Below, piece by piece: positions 26,720 through 41,500 of a stretch of DNA of 64,000 nucleotides. Every line of letters begins with the position of its first letter. Position 1 is the stretch's first letter. Made by a program: the position numbers and the translations under genes. The stretch lies in assembly GCF_008831285.2 (NCBI RefSeq), contig NC_045138.2, positions 40,796,001-40,860,000 on the forward strand, read 5' to 3'. This DNA is from Nymphaea colorata. Taxonomy: Eukaryota. The notes beneath the pieces were generated by a model that was not told where the DNA came from, made no database searches, and saw nothing but the letters and a program-made list of their open reading frames with translations.

Positions 26720-29700
26720 ACAAACTTATAAACATCTCGGTGCAATATAGATCCTCCCAGGTCAGATCAGGAGTTCATTTCATCAATGCTTCATAACAAG
26801 AATATGATCAAAGCAGCAGCTTCTCGTGCTTTCATCGATCTCCATGACGGCCACGGCACGTACAGCTAGCAATCTTATTATAGCATCATTGATTTGTTTG
26901 AGATATGAATGACTAGCTGTCTAACGAACATGGAGATTAAAAAGGACTGAAGAACACCCACAATAAGGGGATGTAAATGGATCTGTCCGATTGAAGATTG
27001 TCATCTAATTTTGAATTCATGTTGTCAAATCTGGTAAAGCAATCTGCATCTGACTACTTATCAGGATCAGAATTGTATGCAGTTTTATAACTCATGAACC
27101 CGAAATCTGAGCTCGATAAACATCTGATCAAAATTGCATGCAGTTTTTGTCTCTTTCAAATTCTGGTCTGGTCTTACCACCAATTCTCCAACTGTAGTTC
27201 TCGTAATCTTGCAGTGGTCTGCCAAATCCCAACTACAGACTCCAATGCCACATGTGGGCTTGTGTGGGCATTTGCCCACTCAATGCCTCGCCAGAAATCT
27301 CTTGCCCCCTCAACCGCAAATGATATTAATTGCCATCTAAAATCTTGCAATGGCAGGAGGTTTCCCATCACGCAAGGAAAAGCTCTGTTTGCTTCCTAAT
27401 AGACAAAGGCAGACTCAGATTCAGGTAATAGAAAGAGTGAGCAAGATTATTTAATTGTCTTCATTTGGATGTAAAACCAAAGAAAGAAAGATCCAGGAAG
27501 CACCCGGTTGGGACCTAACTTTAGGTAAAACTCATCCAAATTTCCCATGTTCTACAAATTTTTACCTATCTGGCAAGTTTCTCCATGTTGGCATTTTTCT
27601 AAATTTTAGTGGGAGGCTCAGACCTAATATCTTCACCAAACATTTCTCCAAAGTTTGCCAAAGAAGGCATAGTCAATATCAAACGATCGTGCTCAATAAG
27701 AAACACAGATGGTTAAGCCCATCAAAAAGAAATGACATAATTTGCGCATTTTATGCTTCAACTTGTATATCGGTGTCCTTTCATATCGGTGTCCTTTCTT
27801 TTATAATAATAATAAGCGGCTGCTCTTTGTGCGGCCCTACTTAAGCGTATATGAATGACTTGCCATGGTGGTCGTGATAAACTTTTCATCAAAGGGCCAG
27901 CTAGTCGTTGTTGCTTTTTGAAATATGAATAACTTTCATGGTCTCCATAGCACCAGCCATTATAAAATTCGTCGGTGCTTAGTGTCATGGGCATTGGACA
28001 TTCTAGAGTTCTTTCTTTAAGGGAAATTTTCATGGCACCTGAGGTGGCCTCTACTTTGCTCATAATTGCCAAACAACTGCTTGCATTTTTAACCATTGAC
28101 GGTTAAACTAAAGTTAAAGATGAGTCAGAACCCTTAATGGGAAATATGAGAAAGTATGAATTGTTTTGCTGGTCGCAAAATTAATGCGATTTAACTTGAC
28201 ACCGTTATTTTATAGTTTAGACTTTAGAGCATAGTAACAAGTCTTGTTTTCGTTCTTTTTTTTAACCTTAACCGTTGAGATTTTTTTATACGACAGATTT
28301 CAAAAAAAAAATGGTAAACTTTTCAACAATTTAGAAAACCTTGAAAATTAAAAAATAATAAAATAAATTTAAAACTAATAAGACGTCATAAAAAAATAGA
28401 TAAACAACAAATGAAAATTAGAAAATGAAAACAAGCAGTTTGGTATTAAAAAAAATGTGAAAAAGTGTAAAATGAAAAAACGTGTTCGATTTGGTTTTTT
28501 TCAAAAAATTGTGTTCTTTTTTTTCCCGTTCTATTCTCCAAAACAAATAAATCAGAGATGTTAAGGTCGTCATTCCTGGACGCAACACAATCAAAGGTGA
28601 TCTAATGTCCTTTGAGATCTAAAATTCCAAATCTCATATTAATGGACTTTTAATTGAATCTTAGATCGCTTGAATTACAACAGGAAGGTGCAATACAAGA
28701 ATTACAACAAAACCTGCAATTTGCGCACAGATCTATAGATCCATAAGTTTGGGGAATAATGGGGGATCTTAGATCCGCCGCTTCGAAATTTGGAGCTTTT
28801 TGAAGCATGACTTTAAGGTGGGTCACTTGCTTGATCCAATCCTCGGATCCAAAACACAGATTGATCAAATGCTCCATTAATACAGCTACTTAGACTGAAT
28901 CTCTTGCTGCAAAGACTATGTGAACTGTGAGTAGTTCTCAAGTTTTAATAAAATGAAAATCAAATATATCACTAGTATTTAAACTTTTATGTCCTTTCTA
29001 GATTGCAATTGACCCAAGCTACTTAAGTTTATTTGATCTAAGATGTTTCTAACTCAGTTTTCATTTTGTTTTTTAGAGTTATTGTTCATTAACATATATA
29101 ATGTTTTATTTATATTACTTGTTTATTTAAATGCTGCATTATATATATAGATATTTTGCTACATTTAACATACGGGCATCTATATCTGTACCCATGTGAC
29201 TTAGTTAAGTTCTCAACGCTCTCCATTGGGCAATGTGGGTGCCACATTTATTCACATTGCAGTTAACCTCAACTTCATATTTGTGAAGGTGATTTTCGGA
29301 AGCTATTATACTCGTGAGGCAACATATATTAACAATAAAGCAAAGTTCTTTGGCATGGCTGGTTGTGCTGGAGCATTTTCTTTTGTTTAATCAATAACAT
29401 AATTTCCGAAAAGATAAAGAAGGGATTCTCATATTTCTCATTTAAAGCTTCACTTCACTTCTCTCTGTAGTCCATATATATATATATATATATATATGTA
29501 GAGAGAGAGAGAGAGAGAGATGCAGATTTTTTTTGTCCATTTTTCTCTGCATTTTGAAACACATAGAAATTGAAATGGTACCGAACAGATTTCCGATTCA
29601 CAGACTCAAATCAGAAGCCCTTGCTGATCCACCAAACGACTGATCACATCCATCGTTCATCCAAGTCCCCACAAAAAAAGGAAAAAAAAGAAAAAAAGAA

Positions 29701-29868
29701 AGAGATCAAAGAAAAACGGGCTGGATCTCAAACAAACCATGGATCAGATTCATATCCATTTTCTTCTTCCTGTCAGATGTTGCTTGCGCCTTTCATCTTC
29801 GTCTTCTTCGACGACTCAGACCGTCGGATGAAGCAAGGGGAAGGAAGCACCAGGGAGGGGAATATCGA

Positions 29869-30501
29869 TCACCATCTCTGCTGCTTCATCATCTTCTCGA
29901 AGTCCTCGAACCCAACGAAGCCGTCGCCGTCCGAGTCGACGCTGCGGATGATCCTCCGGCAGTCGTCCAGCGTGCAGTCCTCGTCGCCGAGCGCCTGCAG
30001 CACGCAGAGGAGCTCCTCCGCGGAGATCCTGCCGTCGCCGTCGGAGTCGAAGACGCGGAAGGCGTCCATGAGCTCGGTCCCCTGCGCGGGCCCGGCGGCG
30101 ACCTGGCCCAGCGCCCCGAACTCCTCGACCGTGATGCAGCCGTCGCCGTCCCTGTCCGCGAGGCTGACCATGAGGGACACCTCGGCGGGCGTGGCGGAGC
30201 CGAGGCGCCGCAGCACGTCCTCGAGCTCCGCCCTGGCGATCTTCCCGTCGCCGTCCTTGTCCAGGATGCGGAACACCTCGGTGAAGTCGCAGTGGACCTC
30301 GTCGGGGGGGCACTCGGGCCAGGCGCCGGAGGGGAACCTGGGGAGCACGCTCTTGGGCGTGCCGGCCTTCATGTCGCCGGAAGAGGAGGAGGAGGAGGAG
30401 GAGGAGCTAAAGGAGGAGGGGTTGGAGCGGGAGACGGAGGGGGAGCGGGACTTGGAGGAGGAAGATCTGAAGAGAGCGGGTATCTTCTTTGCCAGCTTCA
30501 T
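29869..30501 (-). CDS. CML: Calmodulin-like EF-hand calcium sensor, CML35/CML36 type, intronless, 210 aa
   Basis: Four EF-hand loops (DKDGDGKIARAE, DRDGDGCITVEE, DSDGDGRISAEE, DSDGDGFVGFED). The N-terminal extension MKLAKKIPALFRS...SVSRS...SSFSS...TPKSVLP matches the CML35/36 clade. The first in-frame ATG is at 30501; the ORF track starts at an upstream TTG. Confidence 0.95.
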   Translation of the reverse strand: MKLAKKIPALFRSSSSKSRSPSVSRSNPSSFSSSSSSSSSSGDMKAGTPKSVLPRFPSGAWPECPPDEVHCDFTEVFRILDKDGDGKIARAELEDVLRRLGSATPAEVSLMVSLADRDGDGCITVEEFGALGQVAAGPAQGTELMDAFRVFDSDGDGRISAEELLCVLQALGDEDCTLDDCRRIIRSVDSDGDGFVGFEDFEKMMKQQRW

Positions 30502-33500
30502 CTTCCTCCCTTCTCCCGCCCAAAAGCATACCACATAACCCAAGCCACCACAGATAATGCCGCACCAGATCGCTTCTCAGAGAGAAGAAAGAGAAGAAGG
30601 TGGTTTCACCGGGGAGGAGGAGGAAACTGGGAGGAAGGAAGGCGAGGAAGAGGCCATTAAATGGACGCCATTTTCAACTACAGTGGAGAGAGGAGTGAAG
30701 GTTCGAGGAAGCTTCCTTCTCCTCTCTCGCTTTCTAAAAATATTTATAACGAGTCCTTGGGAGAAAGGGTGTGGAGTGGATGTGGCTTCCAGTTTCCATA
30801 TTTATTTTTATTTTACTTTATTTTTTATTAATAAAATATAAAAAATAAATGCGCAGGCCGGACGGTGCGCGAAGGAGGACCAAGATAGAGAGAGAGAGAG
30901 AGAGAGAAAGTGGCCCCACCATTCATTCTGTTAAATAGTTGCACACATTTTTCACTTTTCCATGTCCTTTTTGCCGAATTTGTATTCTGCCTCACCTTCC
31001 CCAGCACATTCACTTTTGCACTGTTCCTTGTTCTTTTCATTCTCTATGCACCGCGGACAAAAATTTGTTTTTTACTAGCAATGTGTAGGCCTATTAACAA
31101 AGAAATCAGAAGCAAAAGACAGAACGGATCCGTTCTTCTTCCTTTCTTGTGAATCCAAATAAAGTATAAGAAAACAGCTTGGCCACAACTTATCATGTTC
31201 CACCAAATTGCTTCCAACTCTGCATGGTTGTCACCGATGGACTGTAGCTGATCACCAAATATGTTTTGATCAGGTGATCTGCCATGCCATTTTGTGTTTT
31301 AACACTCCGGCCGCCGCTGCTACTCCTGTTGCCGCCGCCATCTAAGCGAGCGAACGGCCGGAAATGGTGCAGCCATGCAAATTGGTTCAATTCAACAAGT
31401 TTGAGTTATGTTTTGCCAAATCACTTATTCTATCAATTGGCAAAACTATTACCTTGGGAATCTTGAGCTGCAGTCTCAGACTTGCTTCTCCACCTAGTGC
31501 ATGCATTGCTAAAATGGTGATTAAGTTTTTCATCAGAATTAACATATAAAATAACCTAGAATATTATAAAGTCATTAGAGATCGAATCTGATAATATTGC
31601 AATGCATGCACTAGGTGCCTCAAGGAACATAGCGTAGTGGGTCCGGCTAATGTCTGGTAAAAAGCAGGTCTTTAGTTCAATTCTGATGAAAAACTTAACA
31701 AGCAACTTGTTGACTTGATGCCAAGTTATGTCTAAAGGAAGATTGTTGACTTGACGATGGAAAAATAAAAAATTTGTAATTTTTCTGCATTGATAAAGTG
31801 GTACCGAAGGTATCCATTTTAGGAATGCAAGAGATAAACTTGAAGAACAAATTCTTTAATTTAAATAAGGTTGCAAACTAATAGAGAAAAAAAACTGGCG
31901 AATATACTAATTGGCAAAAAAAAAAAAAAAAAAAATCAAAGCTTATATAGACCAACGTGACCCACTGGCACCAGTGATCGTGCTACGGCTGCATGTGACA
32001 CAGCACCATAATGAGGTCTTTGAATTCTGCCACCACTACACAGCAATATGTTTGTTTGCCCCAATAATTTCCCAGACAAACTTGCAAATATTTAACATCT
32101 TATTGAGTTATTGTAAGTGTGTTTGAAATTGAAAAAAATGGAGCTGTTTATAATAAAAAGGTAAAACTATATTTTTTGATATCTTAATAAGTATAGCAGA
32201 TGGTGCCGTTTTTTCATATTGCCAACATTATACAGACCTTCATTGAAAACTTTTTTGGATTTCAACGTCGACGACAAATTTGTGACAGAAATATTTCATA
32301 TACAAGAGCTTGTGAGCATCGAGGAAGGACAAACATTAGCAAACAAAGAAGGGCACATGTGTGTGTGTGTGTGAGCATGGGCACATGCATGTGCCCTTTA
32401 GCATGAAGACGAAATGGGCGAACTCTGAACACACTTAGATTCCTTTCCCATCCCCTTCCTAAGAAAATATCATTTCATCATTCGGTCAGAAGAGATAATC
32501 CATTCAACAAAAACTTTCTTTCTTTCTTTCTTTTTTTTTTAATTATTTTCAATGAGAATAAATTATCCATGAAATGTGACAACGAAAGCGAAATAAATGG
32601 CCGATCGGTCGACTCAGTCAGGACCCAGAAAGCCCACATGTGATGGTTGGTGAGCCAACGTGCCCACCCAAACTATTTAAAGTTTAATATTGTGAAATTC
32701 CGTGCTTTTAATATACCACCTTACGCTAAATTAATATTGTCAAAAAAAAAAAAAAAACACGAGTGTGATTAACAATGATTGGCCTCGCCTTCCATGTTTT
32801 GACTCTTGGCCAAATCGAGGCAGCATGTTCTATTATGTTCATTTTCACTAAACTATTAGCAATCTTACCATGTCTACCGCAAAACAAGAATCCTTATATA
32901 TATATATATGTATGTCTGGTCCTTAAAATTGTAGAGGTTGAGTTGCACAAAGACAGAGAGCATCTTCGTCCTGGTAACGTAGTATATATTCTACTATAAT
33001 CTCTATATTAATAAATTAAAGAGTAAATAAACGGGTAAATATGCTTAGAGCATCTTGATTCCTGCAACCAAGGTGATACGAAGCCAAAAGTTTAGTTTAA
33101 AAAATGTAATTCATGTGGCCAACATTTTTAAACTTAATTTTGTAAAGCACTGCAACCAAGGCCTCGTTTTCCTCATAAGGCCCTAACATTGTTGCTATTG
33201 GACGTCGTTGCGTAAATGTTGTTTAAACAATCGTAAGATAATAAATTAAAGAAATTCTATGGTAATATGCTTTTTTTGGGCAAATTTTTTTATAATTTAA
33301 AAAAAAAGTGATTTTTTTTTTAGTAAGATCTACGTTTTTCATGCTTGTATTGACTTGAGAAACAACAAATATATTAATGAAAATGGTAAGAACGTAATTT
33401 AGCAATGGAAATAGGGTTACTTACTGTGATCGTTTTTTCCGTTTTGTAAGTTAGGAAAAGTTTAATTGAAGCCTTCATTCGATAACGCTTATTAGAAAAA

Positions 33501-34469
33501 AAATATCGCTTTTATCAGGAAAGCTACCGAAAATAGCCACCTTTTTAAAAAAAGGAGCAAATTTAGGTCCAAAAAGAAAAAGAATATTCGGTTACCCATA
33601 TAACAGTCGGGTCTCTTCATGGAAGCGTGGTTCATTTATTGTCTCGGAACACAATTTCCTACGGAGATAATTTCTCTGGGAATATGTGCGGGAGGATGGG
33701 AATTCCTTTCTGAGGCCTTGGTGGTTGTGCCTTTGACTACGGTGGTCGTTGTCTTCTCGCTCTTTTTCTTTTGCGCCGGAATTGACGGGAAAAGATGCCC
33801 AGTCAAACGCCTCAACGTGGAGTGCTGGGATCATTTGCTGGAAAATTATTGCCCCAGGTCGCTGCCAACGTGAAGCGGACTTGGAATTTCTCATACCCAG
33901 GAAATTACACCCACCTTTCCATTTTTTTTTCCTTAAATTTTAAAATAAAAAAAATGATTTTCCTGTGCCCACTCAAATAAAGACAACAAACTTGTTTTTC
34001 CGAACGTTTTAAACAAGAAAAAATAAAAAAAAAAATTGTCCTGACAAATTTGGGTAGCCAGTTGGACCAATAGTTAGTTAGTATTGAAGCTTGATTTTAT
34101 TTATGTTCAATTAGCTTTCGGGAAGTTGAAAATTCTTGAATTTTGAAAGTCTGGAAATTGGATAAACAAACACGTCTTTGCTAGGCCAGCACCCGATAAA
34201 CGCACAGAAAATCAGAATATTCAAAGCAAAAAAAAATTTTAAAATCTTTCCAAAAAAAAAAAAAATCCCTTGGGCCAAAACTTTTTTCGGGTCAGATCCT
34301 TATCGAGTCACAGTCACGTAAGATGCACGTTGTCTCCGTATGTAGAATACTCCTTTTTTTTTTTTCCTTTTGCCTTTTATTTAAATAAATATTCCACGAA
34401 ATACGGGACCCGGCAAAGAGCAACCGGTTTTGAGCGTTTCTGTGGGTCCATTACAGTCCCAAGCAATAA

Positions 34470-34910
34470 ACCGGGTCTTGCGACTCAGATCAGCACGGAT
34501 CGGATTCAGTAGGACCCGGCACCTGATCTGGATAAAAGCCAAACCAATACTCTGAAGTTGCGAGGATGTAAATTCCGAAAGGCCGCTTGCTGTCTGGATT
34601 GGATTATATCTGGATCCACTTATGTCTGGATCCGAGTTCAATCTATATATATATGTGTGTGTGTTATTGAAGTTAACTCTCGAGATTCAAACTCTATTTA
34701 TCAAAACCGAATTCAGATCCGGCATTTGTGTGCAACCAGGTCAAGCCTTTATCGGATCTCGAAGCAGATACCAGACTCGGATTCGGATTCAGATGGAAAC
34801 TGCGAATGGAATCCAAATCAGATCCACAATCCGGTTTGAATATCTTTACTGGATCTGACCAAACAAGTCTGAAATCAGAAAGGTAGTCTAATCGATTTGC
34901 ATCTCCATAC
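34470..34910. mobile_element. Degenerate MITE rich in GGATC/ATCCG motifs
   Basis: Dense CGGATT/GATCCG/ATCTGG repeats, ending in TTTGCATCTCCA, similar to the hAT-family terminus. Confidence 0.45.
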
Positions 34911-37900
34911 AAAAGAAAGTAGGGATTTTAAAATAGAATGAAACTGCAGCACCAATCATGAACTGGCCCTTACCAAGGAGAGAAATTTAAAATGTATTGG
35001 CTTTCTACAAGGAAGTTTCCTCTCCCTTTGGCTTTTGTTGCTTTTTGAAAAAAGAAGTGTGGAAGTTGAAGATGATGGCTGGATTGGGAAGTGTGCCCCA
35101 TCTTATACTGGTTTGGATCTGCTTTTCAAACCTTTTAGGATGTTTCCCAGCTCCCTGTGGGAGTAAAGGGAAAAAGGGGAGTTCTTGGGCAGAGTATGTC
35201 AATGGGAATCCATTTTGGATTCGGATCCAAGAATGGATTTGTTTCTTGGACCCATTGGGTTTGGAAGCCTACCCCAGAAGATGGTTGGATCTGAAAGTCA
35301 AGAATGCGATACTTTGGACCTGAAAGAGAAGCTGTAAGAGTTTGAAACCTAAGCTCCTTTAAAGTCAACAAATGAATGCGGTCTCTGGTTGTATACGATC
35401 AGCTTAAATGTTTTTCAACATCTCTACATTTTACTTGTCCAAAGTCAGGATCAGATCTTGTTGCAAAAAAAAACAAAGTTCGCTTCTAGAGAAAGGTTTT
35501 AAAAAGCAGCTAAGGTCTTGTTGCACAGGATTGATTCAAAAAGAAAAATGCAGTTGTAAGTAGCTTTATTTTCACTAGATTTTTTTTTTTTATGCAAGTT
35601 GAAGTTAACTTAGAAGGGTTCTTAGACTCCTTCATTTACTTATGCTTTTTCCCAGATTATGCAGAAGCTTCCCTTAGTTGACTTGCTTTTTATATGCCAT
35701 ACTTGGGGGGTGTTTGCAAGCATGGATTGGTTATCCATGGGTAACTTTTTCTGGGAAAAAAAACATCTAGGTTGGGGGTGCAAGAGGGTTATCCATGGAT
35801 GGTATCTGCTGTAAGGCGCCAGTTTGAATTTGAATGGTTCAGATTTCAAGAGTTTCATTGACAGTAAAAAGTAGTCAGAAAGATAGTTGAGAAACATCAA
35901 ACACTGACTTGGGTTAAAGATGGATTGAATATGTGTTAGTGGATATGAACTAAACAAGCAATAAAAAAATAAGAAAGTAGATGAGAATAGAAACGGGGAT
36001 TTCGAAAATCAGAACTCAGAACTATATGTTGATTGAACAACCTATATGCTACAGTGAAAGCGCACTATCAGTCACATGAATAATCCGGTGGGCTAACATT
36101 GCCTGTCGAAGAATTAGTGTAAAAGGATTCTTTTCAAAAGATGCAACCCAGCATGTGAGAAAATGCAAAAGAAAAAACAAATGTTTTACTGTTCATCTAT
36201 TTCTTTATCAGAACCTCCTTTTGTCTCTTGGGGTTTCTCGGTTCATTGTCATTCTCGTGCCGCCGGCATTCTGGTTGCTCGAGGAGATGATCGGCGAGAA
36301 AAAAAATTCATCCCCATCTCTGGTTTTCCGTTGCTTCTGATGCTATGATGGGGTTCCGATGTAGAAGCCACGGTTTACGTAGAACGATGGCTGAAGAGAC
36401 GGAGTCAGAGTGGCGACAGCCGACGTGCCGGATTCTTTTCTTGACCGGTGGGGAGGGGATGAGTGACGGAAGGCAGGCGGTCGACTTCTCTTCAGGCAAG
36501 CTCGTCAGACCCCCAAGACCGAGATATTTGTATCCGAGACAACATTTTACGAGGTCGTTCTCAAAACCCCAGACATTTACACCGTAGAGATAATTTCTTC
36601 CTACAAACAAAGGTCATGCTATACTTTCTTCACCAAGATTTTTTTTTTTATAAGAACACAACCAGAAATGAAAGATAAAATAGAGGTAGTTGGCACAAGA
36701 GATGGGGCAAAGATGGTAAGTAGCAAGTTTTTGTTTCAAACACTGGTAGCGTCAATTCTCTATACTGTAAAGAATGACACCAATATACAAGTTAAAACAT
36801 AGCAGAATTATCACCCAAAAAAGAGATTTTCTCCAGAGGCTTCACCTTTACTCACAACCTCCTACCCACCTTAAATTTTTGGACCAATCTTTGATGATCA
36901 CATTATATGTGGACTTCTGCCCCTCCCTAGATAATTTCTCGGAAAGGCGAGAGGGAAAGGTCAGGTAATTGACAGACAACCTCTAAGTCAATAAAAGAAG
37001 GGCTCGAGCCCCACATTGATGGGCCTGACCGACTAAGCTTGCAATTTCCACCAGTCCATTGAGTCAGGTCACATAGACACTGACGTCGAAACAGACTTCA
37101 ATCCTATACACGATCTTCTGAAACTGAATGTGTGATCATGGAATTTCTAATCCTACAAATTTGTATGGAATTATATTTTACGTTTCCATACCCATTCTGA
37201 CTATTAAAAGCTTTGTTTTCCTTTAGACTGAACGTTTTTCTTTTTTCAGTCCAACCTTATAACTAATTTTACATCTCTAGAAAACAATGGCCGATTTATC
37301 AATATCAACTTCATAAGACTGAAGAGTTAGCAAATAAAGGGAAGTCCTGACCAGTAAGTGAGCTATCCTTCAAACCCCTTGGCAGCCTGACTTGAGTAGT
37401 TCATATTTTTATGCCATTTTACATATTTTTCCGGCTGTCTTTCACGAATCTAGACTTACAAATAGATGAATATTCAAAACTCTGAAATATAAGTCAGATC
37501 AAATTTTACATCGACTTCAAGAGTTTTAGCATAGCCGGTCAAGCATGCAAGCACGTAAAATGCATATCACCTGATCAATTCTCCCCTGAATTGTAAAATG
37601 TAGGATCATGCATATCACTCTGAAATATTCTGGCATCGCTTTTGTCTCTAAATGCAGCACATACAACCAGAAAATTCGCTTCCAACAGCTTATGATTCGC
37701 TTCCCACTTCACACTGCTTCCGCTGAATATAATCTGCTAAGCTTTCCGCTTTATCAGCATCTACATAATAAAGTTGAAGCCTCCGGAAAAGAAAGCCACT
37801 CTTTGGGTAAAAATAAAGCACGACACTCCCACTTAGAAAGCACCATTCATCACATCGTTAGTCAGTGAGTCTTTCAAAACACCGACTTTCGGCCTTTCCT

Positions 37901-38541
37901 GAGATCATTACTTCCTCTTGGTGTCATAATTTCTTTGTCCCAATGGACAATATATCGAAGCAGAAATTTTAGAGGTCTCTATGCTTTAAGAACGGAGGAT
38001 AGTGATATTGATCAAAAGGTAGCGAATGGTGCTACTGATTTTAAAACAAAGTACGAGTTTTTGTCTAATCGCCAGGTCTGATTCTGCGGCATTTTTCCAA
38101 GGCTGCAAAATGGGGTCTGACCACCGTACCAAAAAGTATAAGCACGATCTGTATTTGAGAATTGAAAGACACATTTTTCATGATTTTTTGAAAGGCAAAA
38201 CATCATCCCCACCATTAACGCCATGTCATGGCTGCAGGCCCTCATTCTAGCTAACAATTTCATTCCAAAATTTGTTGATCATATACAATCTAAAAGTTGT
38301 GGTGCAAGGTTATAGTGAAAACTGCTCAACTGCTTTGGCACCATCAATCAATAATTCATGCTTTCTCGGACTGGAGTCAAAGATGAGAACAATTAAAAGC
38401 GGATAAATTTATGAAGCACCTTAAGGCAAAAATGCGTTTGGAAATGAGGCAAACCCTGATCGACCCATGAGGTCTCACGGACCCCACTTCAAGAAAAGGC
38501 ATCCACCTTGTAGAATCAAACTTACCAATCACAGTTGCTCC

Positions 38542-41500
38542 TCATTTGAAATTGTGCATCCTTTTTGCTGAATCCAGCGTGTTGGACAAAAGCATGGCTA
38601 TTGTCATTGGACCAACTCCACCAGGAACTGGGGTGATTGCAGAGGCTACCTTGCAGGCCTCATCAAAGCATACATCACCAACCAAGTTATAACCACGCGG
38701 AGCTGTAGGATCCTGAGAAGGGAAACAAAAAGAGAGGAAGCCTTGAATTCTTCAGATATATGCATAAAGGCAGCACCCTAAGATCTGCGCTAACGAATGA
38801 ACATGGTTCTGTTTTTGTTTCTCTTGCCTCTAAAGTACCAGTATTCTCAGCAGCAATAAAAGTATCTAACAAAATTATCACAACAGTAAAATCTCCCTCC
38901 TTCACGCCCCCACCCCCCCCCCCCTCAAAAAAAAAAGAAAAAAGAAAAAGAACCCCACATTTTGTGCGAACATGTTCAGAGATAGTATAAAGATGTGTGC
39001 AGTGCGTTAACTTTGCTCTTCTTCAAATGCCAAGGATGGGAAAAAGACATCCAGTCAACCATAACATTCGTATGCTTTCTAAATTGGACCTGCCCCTTAT
39101 ACTAAATTGGAGCTTCCGCATCCAGTCAAGGACCAAATTGGTATGCTTCCACTCACTTAAAAGCTCCCTTATACCACCCCTTTCCAGCATCAATCATGCT
39201 TTAAAGTTTAAATAACACAAATAAATAAATAGCAGGGCTATGGAGACAGGTACAGAAGCAGTTCTCACATACAAAAGGCAAAGGAGAATACAACTGCATC
39301 TCTTCAGACAGACTGGTCAAGAATTAAAGAGGCAAACAGACACAAGCACAGAAACAAACAAGCTTGTAAACATATACCCTAGTTGAACTATTTTCACAAA
39401 AACCATCACGCCAAGAACCACCATTGACTAGTGGAAGGTGACAAGATGCTCTGATAATGATTACATTATGATGTTCTAGAAAGACTACATAGATCAATAT
39501 TTCGATGTGAATAAACATATCAAATTCTTCGAGCAGGTTGGCTATGCAAATTACTGCATACACCAGCAAATGCACCCAACAGATATGATAATCAACATTA
39601 TAGAATATTCCACCAAAAAGTTTTCTTTTGGTTCAAAATGATCAATATGTGGAATATGTTCAACAAATTAATTGATGACAGCAACCACAACAGTATTTGA
39701 CATACTGCCCCTGGCTCTTCAAATATGAAAAATAGTCACTAAAAGATCTCTGGACCTTAATGATTGAAGGATTGTAATAATGAATATACTAAATAAAGCA
39801 GCAGGACCCAGCTATCTATACACTTGAATTCTGTCAAGGATAAGATAGATGAACTTACGTTTACCGGGTTGATACCAACATCAATCACCACAGCACCAGG
39901 CTTTATCCAGCTGCCTCTAACCAAATTGGGGACTCCTGCAGCAGCAATGATGATGTCAGCTTCTCTTGTAATTTTCTCAGGATCCTTCGTTTTGGAGTGT
40001 ATGATGCTTACTGTGGCATTTTGCTTCTGAAAAAACAGTCAATCATGACAAATTAACATGGATATCACAGGTACAAATTTTTAAAAAACTGAATGATTGC
40101 ATCCACAGAAAAGCTGCATGAAAGAAGCTTAATTAACCTGCAATAGTAATGCAGCTGGTATTCCAACTATATTACTACGACCAATAACAACAGCTCTCTT
40201 CCCTTCAATGTTGATGCCAGATCGACTTAGCAATTCCAAGCAACCTTTTGGAGTGCATGGAACAAATAACGGATTCTTCCCTTGCATCGCAAGATAACCT
40301 ACATTGAGAGGATGGAAGCCATCGACATCCTTATAAATGCTAATAGCATCCATGACTTTTCCTTCATTCATATGCTGTTGCATTAGCAAACAAGGACATT
40401 AAGTTAGTGCAATAACATTAAAGCTAAAATGGATGTCATGGGCATCCTCTTAAGAGTGAAAAGCTAAAACCATAGGGAACACTTAACCATAGCCTATCTA
40501 CAAAGGACTTGAAGCATATAAGCAAAACCGTGCAGGCAAGTATTCACCACAATAAGCGCCACGGGGTTTGGAGGAGTAAGTTGATCTTAGGCTGTCTGGA
40601 GAGCAGCCAAAGTTCAAATCCCACGGTACCATCCTCTATGCAAAACCAAGCAGGCATAGGTGTGGAAGGTGAGGGTGTCAGCCTCATAGTTCTATGCTGC
40701 CTGGATTATGACAAAGTTTCATGTTTTCGATGTTGATTTTCATGTTAGAAACCGTTTAACCATCATAGCCATTGTGGAGCATGTCTGTTGGGCTTTTTAA
40801 ATGTAAGGACACCCAAACATTCAAATGTATGTCATTGACTCATTGTGCATATTTTTGTCAGTATATTTTGTCAGCATAGGTTTGTTCCACATCCTAATTT
40901 TTGATAAGTGATCTATGCTACCAAACTCACTTCCACATACATCCATGTGACAAAGAAGAGAATTAATGTGCTACGACTTGTACGACCTACCTTTGGTAGC
41001 GGAAGTTGAACAAGGATTCCATGAACTGAAGGATCATCATTAAAACCCGAGACTAGACGAAGAACATCCTCTTCTGAAGCATCTTCAGGTAAAAGAGCTT
41101 CATGAGAAGTAATCCCCACTAACTCACAACCCTTTTTCTTGTTACGAACATAAGTTTGAGAATCCTTCCTTGTTCCGACCAAAATAACAGCCAAACCAGG
41201 TACAATGCCAATTGCATCTTTCATTCTAGATATTTCACTAGCAATTTCATCCTTGATTTGTTTTGAAATCAACTTTCCATCGATAATGGCAGCAGTATGT
41301 TCAGATAGATCTGTATAATCAGAAATGCAGATTAAACTTCAAGTGACTGCATTAACAAAATTAACAAATTGATTCAAAACAGGCATCAAAACATTCGATC
41401 ACTATGACGTTGCTTTCAAAAATTCATTTACATGAAAGATGACCTTAGCACAGAAATTGTTTCTTAAAGAAATTAAAATTACAAAGAAGCATGTTTTCAT

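Noticed and set aside
29570..30538. 322-aa plus-strand ORF
   Set aside because: Antisense shadow of the high-GC3 CML gene with no recognisable domain. The same applies to overlapping ORFs across BOP and both SDRs.
33619..33873. 84-aa ORF with a hydrophobic stretch
   Set aside because: No recognisable family or gene-structure signals; kept only as part of a non-coding motif observation.
36438..36450. TTCTTGACC resembling the start of TAS3 tasiR-ARF
   Set aside because: Only 9 nt match and there are no miR390 sites. A by-eye scan for conserved miRNA families found no full match in the window, though the scan was not exhaustive.
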